Positions 47,755 through 59,293 of a stretch of 64,000 nucleotides of DNA are shown here, one piece after another. Source of the stretch: Oculina patagonica (lineage: Eukaryota); assembly GCF_052425735.1 (NCBI RefSeq), contig NC_135761.1:44516001-44580000 (forward strand). The letters run 5' to 3'. Position 1 is the stretch's first letter. The number at the start of each line of letters is the position of its first letter. The notes under the pieces are model-generated. The model was not told the DNA's origin. It saw only the letters and a list, made by a program, of their open reading frames with translations, and searched no databases. The translations under genes and the position numbers were made by a program.

Positions 47755-50700
47755 TTAAGAATTGCAAATTTTTAAAAGTAAAGCTGCCACGAGTGGTTCT
47801 TAAAAGCGAGATCGCTAAACTAGAAAAAAATTAAGAAACAATGTTACCAATACACGAAAAAAAGTTTTCTTCGGTTCTTCGACTGATGATAAACGTCATT
47901 TTCCATTGTCGTGTGCACATTGAAACTAGCAACAAGGAAATCTGCTAGCAGAATCTGTCATAGTTACCTGCGAAGGTCGCACACGGCGTCTCTGAAGTTC
48001 CACTCCCATGCATACATCTTCACCGCTCGGATTCCAGAGATGATTTCATTCATCACCACCAGCCGTTGATCTGTGAATGCGGCCGCTTTTCCTCTTAGTT
48101 TGGCCGCTTTTTTGCCCATGACCATTTGAAAGGTGACTAAAAAGAAAAAGAACGCGGCACCAACAAGAGCCTCCCAGCCAATCAAGTACATCATTATCAC
48201 CAAGCTGACTGCGAGTTCGAGCGGCGCGGATAAAACATAGCCCAACTGGTTAACAGATTTCTCAATTTTTTGTGCGTCATTAGAGACCAGGTTGATAGTG
48301 TTTCCAGACAACGTAGCTTCCAGACTGTAACGATTTAGAGAGAGAACCTAGAACGGTTAAGATTTTTAATTTACCTAGGTGATCAACGAACTTTCTATTT
48401 TAACTGTTTTTGTTATGTGATGCAAAAAAGGTTAAGAAATTTTATCATTTTGCGTGGCTTTCCCTCAACTAGGAGTTATTAGGTAAGGCTCGAGTCGAAA
48501 ATCCAAAGTTTTGAGTAGTCCCATGGCATTTTTAAGTTAAAGAACATAGAAAAATCTTAAACATGAATTGCTGTTGCTTTAAGATCCCCAATATGCAGAG
48601 AAACACCGAGTTACGCAATATCTTGACCTCTGGTTTTAAATATTGCCTTTGTAATGCAACATAACTCATGTCAATTTCTATACATTTATGAAGATTTTGC
48701 ACGACCAGGCATTGCGTTTACAGATAATGTCTAGGAATGGCAATAATAAGATGCTAGCTCGTGATGGTGGGCATTACAAGGTGTCCACACTGATTAAAGG
48801 TCACCAAAACACTCACAAATCTGTAAAGAATGAGATGATTTGAAAAAAGGCAAATGACCCAGTCGTATATTAAACTACTTGTTATAAAATACTTGTGTCC
48901 TTTCCTTTCAATATAGGTTCTTATTATATATCAAAAAAAGGACTGATAAAATATATTACCACCTGAATCTCCCGGCAAGAAAAGTCGTTTTTGCCCCAAG
49001 CACAGAAAGGAAAAGTGGTAACACCTTAAAATATTAACTTGGTACATATAACTCTCAGCACATTCTCCACGCAATGACGAGCCAACAGGTATTACCAGAA
49101 TTTACCCACCTCCCAACCTAGCGTTAACTCTTTGACTAAATGTTCATTACCTTCTTGTAAACCAGTCCTATTGACGCCACTTTCAACTTCAATCCCCAGA
49201 GCTCGGAAATGTTATCGAAGTGCTGTATTGATGCGGCTCTCACGAAACTTGTTATTCCTAAGAATGCCACGTACATAAACGCACGTTTCATGTCTAGATT
49301 TGGACCGTCATTCAACGTCTTCAACACAAGCCAAAGACATAAAGGCACCAAGGCAAGTGAAATGGACGAAAACGCTTTCAAAATGATCATCGCGAGAGCT
49401 GATTTCCAGGAGATAAGTCTGGCCATTACTTTCCATAAACGCGGCTTTGAATTTTGTGATTTACTTCTCTCTATTTCACCAAACCAGCAACTCTCCGCAG
49501 CCTCTACAAGCACCTCGGATTTTTAATCTTCAAGAATAGGAAACAAATCGTCTCCGGTCAGTGGTCGCTTGTTGTCCAGTCTCAACACGTCATTCATCCA
49601 CCAGAAGAAAATGACTGACAACCAACTTGCCTGAGCTTTTGGATTGTTGATTTCTGAAGTGGTTTCCTTCATGAGTGCGTTACTGCGGTGGTCTTTTATT
49701 TGACGTCCATAAATATTTGAAAAAAAAATACATTGGTCAGTTAACAATGTTAACAAAGCAAATTCTTTTCGGCTTGGAGCCTAGTGGTTCGACAAGTAGT
49801 CGCTTAACTTTTATTTACATTTAGAATAAAACAGGAAGGATTATTGGCGCTTACCCCAGAATAAGATCTTAGAATACCTTATGTTGCCTCCTAGCACACT
49901 GTTATGTGAATTAATACAAGAGTAAGTTATGTTATCTTATCTAAGAACACAACGACTCCGGCCTCGGCTTATTCGCCGACCGCTCGAACCGGAATCCAAG
50001 GGGCTAAGCAGCAGACCATCAATGAATAGGAAACAACTACTACTCTCTAACGAACATTTTGCTAGATACACACATATTTTATACACTTTTTACAATTATT
50101 AATTGTCACTATTTGTATTTAATTTTATAAATTGTCACTATTTGTATTATTTTTATTATGTGTCCCTAAATTAGTTAGGTAATCTTCCCTAGCTATGTGG
50201 CGTTTGTCACTCTAATAAATGTTTTCATTCATTTCATTCATTCATACAGTATATAGAACATTCTGCGACATTTAATGCAAACACTGACCTTAAGAAGCTT
50301 TTGTTGATTTTAACAATTCGTTACGCTTGTTTAGTTTACCAAAATCCATAGTCTGATTGCGACTTTTTTGAACAAGTTTTGCCTTTTTTAAATATTCGCA
50401 TAAATTTCACATTCAAGTTGTTCTTTGCAGAAAGCTAGCGAGAAAACCACGACGAAATCGCATATAGGGTTAACGTTCGCTACAACAGCTACATGTACAT
50501 CCATTATGCATGAGATTAACTTTACAAAAAGGATGCAGTCACGTTTTTAGTGATCACTGGTGCATGCATTAGCGGATTAAATATTCAAAAACCTTAAACC
50601 CTGTACAGAGCAATATGAAATAGAAACAAACAAACAAACAAATATCTTCACAAAAGGTCGCTTAATTATAATTTACACAAAATGCGGCTACTTGGATACA

Positions 50701-52559
50701 CGGTTAATTTCGACAATTCAAGGATAACTTGACGTTCTTAATTTATTAGTACACCGCCTGAGGTTGTGGACTCCTACAATTATCCGGTACATTTGTTATA
50801 ACCCGATATATAACGGATATACGTGACCATATAACGGATATACGTGTCTCCGTACGTTCATAAATAAAGTTTAAGTGCTTTTTACTTACGAAATACGCTT
50901 TACAAGTCTTTTACAAGTCCTTAACAAGTCCTTGGTGATTACTTACACAGGGATGTTCGTGATTAAATATTCAAAAACCTAAAACACTGCCGGTCATGTG
51001 TGAAATACTTATAGACGGGCCTATATGTTAGTGATAAGTGGTTTCTCAGTGCTAAACCCAAAATAAAGCTACCTGATGCACGATTAAATTCTATAATTCA
51101 AAGATTAGAAAAGACACCAGACACTGATGACTCGATATTTTCTGGTGTCTGGCGTCAAATAATTATACTATAACCCAGCGGAAGGGATTCATATGTTTCA
51201 AGTAAATTCATAGCGAAACAATTCGAAATAGATTCTTTAGTTGCATCGAAACTACTAGCTAAACAACCAACCAACTACTAAACAACCAACTTCAACCTAT
51301 CTCCTTCTCCTTCACCTCACGTATATTTCTGCAAAGTTAACCAACACGTGCCGTTGCGTTTTGTTCCTTATAATCGTCAAAATTTGCAATAGAGAAAACT
51401 GCACTTCTAAAATATCTAGATAGAAATAAATATGAATCCGAAAAATATATGTATACAAATACAAACGATATATTCACCTTCAGTGCAAAATATGCCATAT
51501 TTTGCACTCTGGAGGAGAATGCATGATTGGGCTCGTTTCATAATTATTATGTAATACAGTTTACAACAGAATATTGAACATTGATTACACGAGTGTATGG
51601 CCTGTGGTTCTTGTATGTTTAAACTGTGCATATATAAAAGTGGTATGTATTCTGCTAGTGGAACACCATCATATCAAGAAACCGTTGCAGTGCTGTGTCA
51701 ACATGAAGAAGTCAAACGAACCACCACTCACATTTAGCCGTATACTGCACTAATTTATTTGAATAGGCCACATGGACTGAAACAATTGAAACGAAGGCTA
51801 ATAACATCGTAAAATGAAAACTCACCTTGGCTATAGAGGAGTTAGTGAATCGTCCGCAACCGACTTTCACGAGAGGCTTATAACGATGGCGTTATAGGCT
51901 CATACCTGTTTTAACATAAGAAGCACTCGATCTAATCGGCTACTTATTACCTGGCTTGCCCAAGGGGCTGATCATACGAGTCGGCTGAAGGCAGTGATGT
52001 GCGACTAAAGCTCTATTGTGAATAATATTAGAGGCCTCTCTAACAACAAGAAGTCCAACTGATATGACTGTTTACATGAGTATGTAAATCACGACGCACG
52101 TGCCAAGATGCCCCTTATGATACAATCTCGTTTCTAGAGCCTTTGCCGGTGTGGATGAGCGACGTGGGTGTTCCCCGGTTACGTTGTTGGGAGTTTTGTT
52201 GGTTGCCACATGTATATATCTTAATGCCAAGATGCGAAACCACGTTGAAACAGCGACATAGAGGAAATAAAACGACGACAAACGACAATGCTTTTTTGAA
52301 GCTATCACAGCAAAGGAAAGAAAAAAAAGCCACTTTAATCTTGAGTAGAGCAAAATTTCTTCTCAAATATAAAGCGATCCCTCTAAGAAGTACAAAGCTT
52401 ATTCTTTAAAAACCGTAAATGAGCAAAAGGTGATACTATTTTGTATTGATCAAGATATGTCTTATCTTTCGTGAATGTTCCGCCACTTGAGGACGTTTCG
52501 TTGGTCGGAATTTTCATTTTTCGGTAATCGAGACTGAATCAAACAGTTCCTTGCTGCGT

Positions 52560-52978
52560 GCAACACGTCGCGGCGACATGTTGCTGCGACATGTCGCCTC
52601 GTGTGACATGGTGCATTCTTGCGACAAACCAGTCGCTGCGACAAAATTTTGTCTCTGCGATGTGTCGCACGAATTCAAACTGTTTTGAATTCGTGCGACA
52701 CATCGCAGCGACAAAATGAGCGATAGCAGCGTTGTCGCAGCGTGTGTACACGTCTGCGACAAATCGCTGCGACAAGTTGCTGCGTCAAATTATAAATTAA
52801 CCAATGAAAGAGAGTCATGTATTTTCGCCATATTAAATTGGAAAACTAGTTCACATTCCCACACTTCCAAATTCGCTGTTTGTGCACCGAACAAACACCT
52901 TGTCGCAGCGACTTGTTTTTAAGCAGTACACACGGAGCGACTCGTCGCAGCGACTTGTCGCATAGTATGCCCCGACCT
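52560..52978. mobile_element. MITE remnant rich in TGTCGC/GCGACA repeats (Harbinger-like); left end not resolved
   Basis: More than a dozen GTCGC(A/T)GCGAC-type palindromic units; right end ...CCGACCTTAA. Confidence 0.5.
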
Positions 52979-53287
52979 TAACAGTTCCTCTTAAATGGGA
53001 TGCCATTCTTGTTCAAAATAATTACTTTTAAAGTCAGTTTAAATTTATCTACACGAAGGGATATTTTGCTGAAGTGAATAAAACACTCGTTATATACGAG
53101 TCAAAAAACAGCTTTTAGTCTACTGAAAGCCATTCAGTCAAAGACAAGTTATACACCTTTTCATTACATATTGTTGACTATTTTATTATTCTTTGTATGT
53201 GGCCTCACACAAGGATGTTATAACCCAGCTATAATAAATTATCTCTTCTTACAAAATGTATAGCGAAACGATTCAAAACTCCAAATT

Positions 53288-54050
53288 TTCTCAATCCTCG
53301 TTTAAACACACATGTAGATATTTATCTTAGACATACCTGAGAATTGGCTTGGGTTGTTGAAGGCAGCCAGCTATTTACCAATGCATCGTAGTCCCACAAA
53401 ATATTGTGATATCTATTAAAATAGCCTGTCTAACAGCAAAACATTTCTTGGCTCTAAAATACAACAAAGCAGCTGTTAAGCGCCAAAATTCCTTTTGCAT
53501 CTTCATCCTTAGCAAGTTTCCTTTATCGTGGTTCATTTCTCTTGACAAAAGTGTGTACAGAACTCCAGAACGATCAATTTGTTTCTTCAATTTTTTTTTG
53601 TCGGCCAAGATTACTTGGATAAAAAGTGGTTTGCGTTACGACCGAAGCCGTGACTGACATCACTACTGCGCAGACTCAATTTACTTCACAATATCGCGTT
53701 TTATGTCACGTTTTTTATGTCACGTAAGTCACAAAGCTAATCCTGTGGTAAAGTAGCGAAAAGTCATTCGTTCAAAATGGACCTAAATTGGCTTTTTTAT
53801 CTCACTCTTTCGTTGAAAAGGGGATTTAAAATGGAAAATTCGGCAAGAAGAAGGAAAGACGAGCATTTGGGGTAAAAACATTCATTATCGTGCGTTTGAA
53901 GTGTTCACACAGTTTCTGACAGTAACGGCGCTGATGTAAAAATTTGCCGAAGTGTGATGCCCTCTAAGTGAGAATCTTTCCAATAACCCAAGCCAGTTCT
54001 CAGGTATGTTTAATAAGAATATCTGTATGCACGTTTGAGCGAGAATTGAA
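53288..54050. mobile_element. Older foldback/MITE with ~75-bp diverged inverted arms
   Basis: ACATACCTGAGAATTGGCTTGGGTTGTTG versus CAATAACCCAAGCCAGTTCTCAGGTATGT. Confidence 0.6.
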
Positions 54051-54463
54051 AACTACTATTAAATTCAACTTTTTGTTATCGTGAGAAGTATTCCTCATCA
54101 GTTCATTTTTTTAAGTTGGAAGAGTTGCTCTAAAGCCCTGAAATTATATTCTAGCGAAAGAAAAATAGTTTTTATGTTGATAGGAAGTGACCAGATTTCT
54201 CTGCGCAGCTTTTTAAGAGAACGCGAGGAGTGTTCATAATAGCTAATTTTGAAATTTGAAATTTAGGAAATGTGTGACCTCGACCACCGAAAACGATTTT
54301 CTTTTTTTTCTTGAAATTAGAAGATTTCTAGGGGAAACAAACTACATCAGGTTTCTTATCTACCTTAAAGCTATTAATGAGAAAAAAAAATGAAGGAAAA
54401 CGATTTTTCAACTTCTGCCACGAAATCAAATGTTTGCTCGGCCGATCGTGAAAGTCATTCTTA

Positions 54464-54915
54464 CAGTTCGAATACTCCAACCAAGGCCGCCCCTGCAATT
54501 TTATTGCTAATTGACCAATAGCTTTTTTGAGCGGTTAAACAATAGAATGGTCACAATTTGCAATTAGAATTTGTACAACCCAAAAATAAACACAGCGCGG
54601 TTAACGATAGCACCGAGCGGTCTGCAACTTACCTTGAGAGGAAAAGTGGCAAGCTAACTGTAAAACCTCCGACCAGCTTGAAATAGTTCGTAAACAGTAT
54701 GAACAAGCATCTTGCAGGGCTAACGTACGAAGGGGAAGTTCTTGAAAACATTCTGTTGCGTTTTACAAAAGGAAACATTAAATGTTGTTTTTAATTTTGT
54801 AGTGCGCTCCTTGCTCGACTGCTCGACTGACTATTCTATTGTTTCACCACTCGAACGCCATTGGTCAATTTGCAAAAAAATTGCCGTGGCGGCCTTGATT
54901 GGAGTAGTCGAACTG
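54464..54915. mobile_element. Tc1/mariner MITE with ~90-bp TIRs
   Basis: TA|CAGTTCGAATACTCCAACCAAGGCCGCC ... GGCGGCCTTGATTGGAGTAGTCGAACTG|TA. Confidence 0.85.
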
Positions 54916-55773
54916 TAATATCTAATCAGCTAGAGGTAAATGTCAAACCGTGAAATACAATATTGCTAGAAAAATTTTCAAGATAATAAAAAAGATCTAG
55001 CTGGTGCTGCGTTTATTTCAACATATAATAAAATAGAGTTTTCACCAGAATTCCGAAATTGCACGATTGTATGTCGTTGATGTTTTTCATGTTAAAATTG
55101 TAGAAATATAAATGTGGTAAAATAACTCGTCAGTGGAATACTCTAACTGCTGTTCTTAATTCTACGTCAACTTAAAGGAATTATAATCACCATCCACAAA
55201 CCAAATATGTTATTTATTTGAATAGGGCACATGAAACTAAATCAAACAACATGGTGATAGAAGAATTAGAGGAAAAATTCGTCGCTATTCGCGGATGCTG
55301 ATAATGATAGCGTTAATAGAGGATATTACATGGTTGCACTGAAATATGAAATTTATCTTCGAGTGTTCAAATCGATATCTCACGAGTGAGCGCAGCGAGC
55401 GAGTGGGATATTGATTTGAAGACGAGATATTGATTTGAAGACGAGAAGATAAATTTCATATCTCCAAGCAACTATGTATTATTCTGTTTATTATATAAAC
55501 CTACTAATTACGATGTTTTTGACGATTTTCCGAAGATTTCCGACCATTTTCCGAAGATTTCCAAGGATTTTCAAAATGTTGTCCGAAGGTCGCACGAATG
55601 TTTCCGAACATCTTCCGAACTTTTCCGAAGATACCCGAAGATTGCCGAAGATTGCCGAGGAAGATCCGAGGATGTTTCGACTTAATATCGATTTTCTTTG
55701 GCTCATTCAGCATTGAAACAGGGCAAACTTGTCAGAGAATGTTCCGTAATCGATATCTTCACATGTGAAAATA

Positions 55774-57005
55774 TATATGTTATTTGCCGGCCGGGAGGTC
55801 TGTATTGGGAAAAACTGTACCCGAGGTCTTGAGTAAGGCCCGAGGCCGCAGGCCGAGGGCCGTGCTCAAGACCGAGGGTACAGTTTTTCCCAATACGGAC
55901 CGACCTAGGCCGGCAAATAACGTTTTTATTTTTTTTCTACTTTAATTTATTTGGAAAAGAAACCAAGGAAAAATGAGTCGCAAAATCTTTGTTTTTACGC
56001 GCGGATTTGATTTGATTTGATTTGAGTCCGACTTGATCGACGAGCAAGGATGAAGAATGCTGTTTGGCAGTTTGCTAGTTAATTCCGAATGAAATAGCTT
56101 TACTTAAAATGAACCGTACTCAAAAAAGGTTCAGCATATTTAATTTACATTGCAGAGAATCAAGAAAAGCAAATGAAGTCATAAATAAAGCACAAATATG
56201 CCGCAAAACTTAACACATTTAAATCGATTTCAGTCAGCTTCCCAAACAATTCTCGATAAATTCTCTTGAAAGAATTTTTGCTCACAGGGTGTTAAGGCTA
56301 TTTCTCTGACTCAAAAATACTCTTTGACTGGAAAGCAGTATTTTAATCTATTCACACTTGTATTTAACAAATTAATAATCTCTGTACTTTTCCCAGCAGA
56401 ATTTTATTCTGATAAACAGTGTCATACTGAATGAAATGCGTAGTGTCTACGTACGGCACAATATTGTGATAATTAATTTGTCCGTTTTTAATCAAAGAAT
56501 CTCATTTCCTTGAATGATGGCAAATAGTGTTCTGCTTTAGCAAAACTTGACAGATAAACAAGGCAGTTAAACTCATAGATAGAGCCTAAAAACCGCGGTG
56601 AAGGTTACCGCAATGGCGTGAAAATCATTGCAAAATGCACAAACAACGCGACGGCAAACTACGAACGGTAAACTACAACTCGATTTTGTTGAGAAAGAAA
56701 TAAATACTCGCCTTTTGAAGACCTTTGAGGCCTTTAATTCCACTGCTTTTTAGTCCTTTCAAATTTACAACGGTTGGTAAACTCGAGTAAACAGCTATTT
56801 CGATTTTGAAGAGCAAAACTTTCATGTGTTCGTTCGTCTCGCTGCACACTGATTTCGCGCGGAACTGAATCCCGTTCCGTTGATTCCCTGCGGCCCGCGT
56901 ACCGTTGACCGCGGTCAAGATCGGAGAATTCCGCCCGCTCCCGGAACCAATCAGATTGCAGGATTTGGTTCATCTTGCCCGCTCACGCGCTGAGAAAAAA
57001 ATAAA
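55774..57005 (+). mobile_element. Cassette A: ~1.23-kb non-coding hairpin-ended element
   Basis: Hairpin 55780-55920 (TTATTTGCCGG...CCGGCAAATAA), then TTTATTTTTT whose inverse AAAAAATAAA ends the unit; CCAATCAGATTGCAGGATT at 56947. Confidence 0.8.
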
Positions 57006-58185
57006 TATATGTTATTTGCCGGCTGGGAGGTCCGTATAGTGAAAAACTGTGACCGAGGTCTGAAAATGCTGCCCGAGGCCGCAGGCCGAGAGCAGCATTT
57101 TCAAGGCCGAGGTCACAGTTTTCCCTATACGGACTGACCCGAAGCCGGTAAATAACTTATTTATTTTTTTCCTACCTCTAATGTGTTTGATTAAAAAAAC
57201 CTACAAAGATTTTCTTGCAAAATGTGTTTGTATTATCCGCGCGCATCCTAGTGAGTCTACGGCAAGAGTGAAGAATGATTCGTTTGCTATATTCACTGCT
57301 ATATTAAAGAGCTTACTGCCAAACAAATTAAATTCGCTAAAATGAACAGTACTCAAGGAGAAGTTCATCAGAAGCAAGAAAAAAGCATCTGAAATAATAA
57401 TAAGCACAATGTAGAACCAAAACAGAGTATAAAAAATCAGGGAGTTGCGAAACACTTTGAACTCCATTTCGGCTTGTGAGTTCTTTCAGTTAATTAAACT
57501 TACTTTTCGGACTGGAAAGCACTTACAACACATATTTTCCAGCTATTTACATTTGTATTTAACGAGTCAAAAACCTCTGTGTTTATTCCCACAGTATTCT
57601 GTTTTGATAAAAAGTTTGCGAAAGTGAAACTGAATGAAGCTGAAATGTGTAGTTTGGTCGCCTACACACGGCACAATATTGCGAGAATTAATTTGACCGT
57701 TATAAAAAAGCCTCTCATTTTCTTGAATGGCGATAAGCAGTATCCGTTTGTGGAGAAAAGTAGCAGAAAAGCAAGGTGTTTGAACGGTTAAATCGAGTCT
57801 GTATACCCGCAGACTTGCAGTTAACCGCAATGGCGTGAAAATCAGTGCGAATGCACAAACATCGATCGACAAACCACGATCATAAAACTATAACTTCATT
57901 TTGTCAATAAAGATCATGAATACTCGCCTTTTGGAGAACTTCAAGGCCTTTAATTCCACTGCTAATTTTCCCATACAAATTTAACAACGGTTGGTGAGCA
58001 ACAACATCGATTTTGGAGAGCAAAACTGTCATGGACTAGTTCGTCTCGCCGCGAAATTAAACTCACGAAAGCGTTACCGTGGGCGCCGTGGAAGCGGGCA
58101 GAGATAGGAGAATCTTGCCCGCGCTAAGAACCAATCAGATTGCAGGATTCGTTACCGTGCCCTCTGGTGGGAAAAAATAAAAAGG
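57006..58185 (+). mobile_element. Cassette B: ~1.18-kb diverged relative of cassette A, head-to-tail
   Basis: Hairpin 57012-57155; shares GCAATGGCGTGAAAATCA, AATACTCGCCTTTTG, AGGCCTTTAATTCCACTGCT and CCAATCAGATTGCAGGATT (58131) with A. Confidence 0.8.
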
Positions 58186-58696
58186 TTATTTTCACGTGTG
58201 AAGATATGAATTTTTCGTGCGAAAGATTTCCTGGTATTTCACTGATGTTTATATAATAATTGGTGTTATTAAACCGTTTAAAAACTCTTGCTCACGTCGT
58301 TATACATTCGTTCGAGTACTTTTCCTTTCATAACTGCGCCGTCACGAGGATTATAGGTTTAGTGCCAAACCCACTTTAAACTACATTAATCAAGCACTCC
58401 TACGCAACAGAGGTGACTGGATTTTCCACAGTTTCACGGTACAACGTTATCCAATCCTGATACTTTTAATTAATTTGGAAGGTCCACGACCGTGCACATA
58501 AAATTATTTGGCTTTGCGCTCATACACTATGCATTTACTTAATACTTATTCGACGTAAATACTATACAGTTCCAAAATCCAAGATTGCGGACAACATTTG
58601 CCACCAGACCATTTTTCTCAAGGTTCCCCTTAACTCTGGATTTCTTACTCTTCTATAAATTGCATTTTCACTTCGTTCTTTCCTTTCAGTCTTTAA

Positions 58697-58944
58697 CCCT
58701 ATTCAGACCGGCAGGAGAGGGGCTTTTTGAGGCCCGCCCCAACTTTGAAGATTTGTAACTTCGAAACAACTAAAGCCTCAACCACCAAACTTGGCGAACT
58801 TTCCTAAAACATTTTCTGGCAGCATTGTGACACTTGTCACGCGACCACAAACGTTGACGTTGCCATAGCAACCATTTTTGACTGCTATGTTTTGCAAAAT
58901 TTGCATTTTGGGTGTTTTGGTCAGCATTATTTCCCTGTTTTATG
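58697..58944. mobile_element. Left arm of a piggyBac-like MITE, abutting the 3' end of the LINE
   Basis: TTAA|CCCTATTCAGACCGG terminus. Confidence 0.55.
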
Positions 58945-59293
58945 ATTTTTTTTGATTTTTTTTTATTGCAACACACAGAAAAAAAAAATAATGTATAGCC
59001 TACTTACAGAACAATTACTTAGGTTACCCACATGACTTAACGTACAATTACTTACATTTTTACATTTCACTGCATTAGAATTGCTTACATTCTTCACACT
59101 ACTTACACTACATACATTACTCACATGCCGGTTACATTACCTAATGTACAATAAGTTACATTTGTTACGAGACATACTACATCACATGGCTTACGGAAAC
59201 TTCAGTTATTATATTCACTATTTAGCTCTCCCTATTTACCCTAATGGACGTACCCTAAAGGACGAAGAACTTATTTTACTAAAAAAAAAAAGA

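Larger units (their letters stand above)
27144..49672 (-). pseudogene. ABCC4: ABCC4/MRP4-like ABC transporter, disrupted. Exons 49672-49151, 48347-47968, 47131-46395 + 32864-31974 (split by the LINE), 31545-30975, 29554-29418, 28287-27926, 27698-27144; reconstructs to 4155 nt (~1384 codons)
   Basis: NBD1 GSVGSGKSS, LSGGQKARV, YLLDDPLSAVD; FFDTNPAGRILNRFSKD; NBD2 GRTGAGKSS, NLSVGERQ, DEATANVD; no TMD0; phases are compatible. Lesions: TAA at 49525-49523, TIARRL in place of TIAHRL (27293-27291), exonic LINE insertion. The symbol denotes family-level similarity, not proven orthology. Confidence 0.88.
55314..58259 (+). mobile_element. Host hairpin-ended element (Crypton-like; ~530 bp when empty) carrying two inserted cassettes
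   Basis: 5' palindrome 55319-55487 centred on CACGAGTGAGCGCAGCGAGCGAGTG; TTATTATATAAAC (55488-55500) inverted at 58247-58259; TTCCGAAGA repeats 55520-55670; its internal palindrome is split between 55753-55773 and 58187-58207. Confidence 0.75.

Noticed and set aside
51110-51155. CTGATGA inside a GACACCAGA/TCTGGTGTC hairpin as a hammerhead ribozyme
   Set aside because: No correctly placed GAAA or stem II/III.
50570-55250. Short scattered direct matches upstream of ABCC4 (e.g. GATTAAATATTCAAAAACCT at ~50575 and ~50961; TTATTTGAATAGG at ~51755 and ~55214)
   Set aside because: Possibly old local duplications, but too short and diverged to delimit by eye.
56673-57872. Short ORFs in cassettes A and B as recombinase or cargo genes
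   Set aside because: Reading frames are not conserved between the two homologous cassettes and there are no recognisable motifs.
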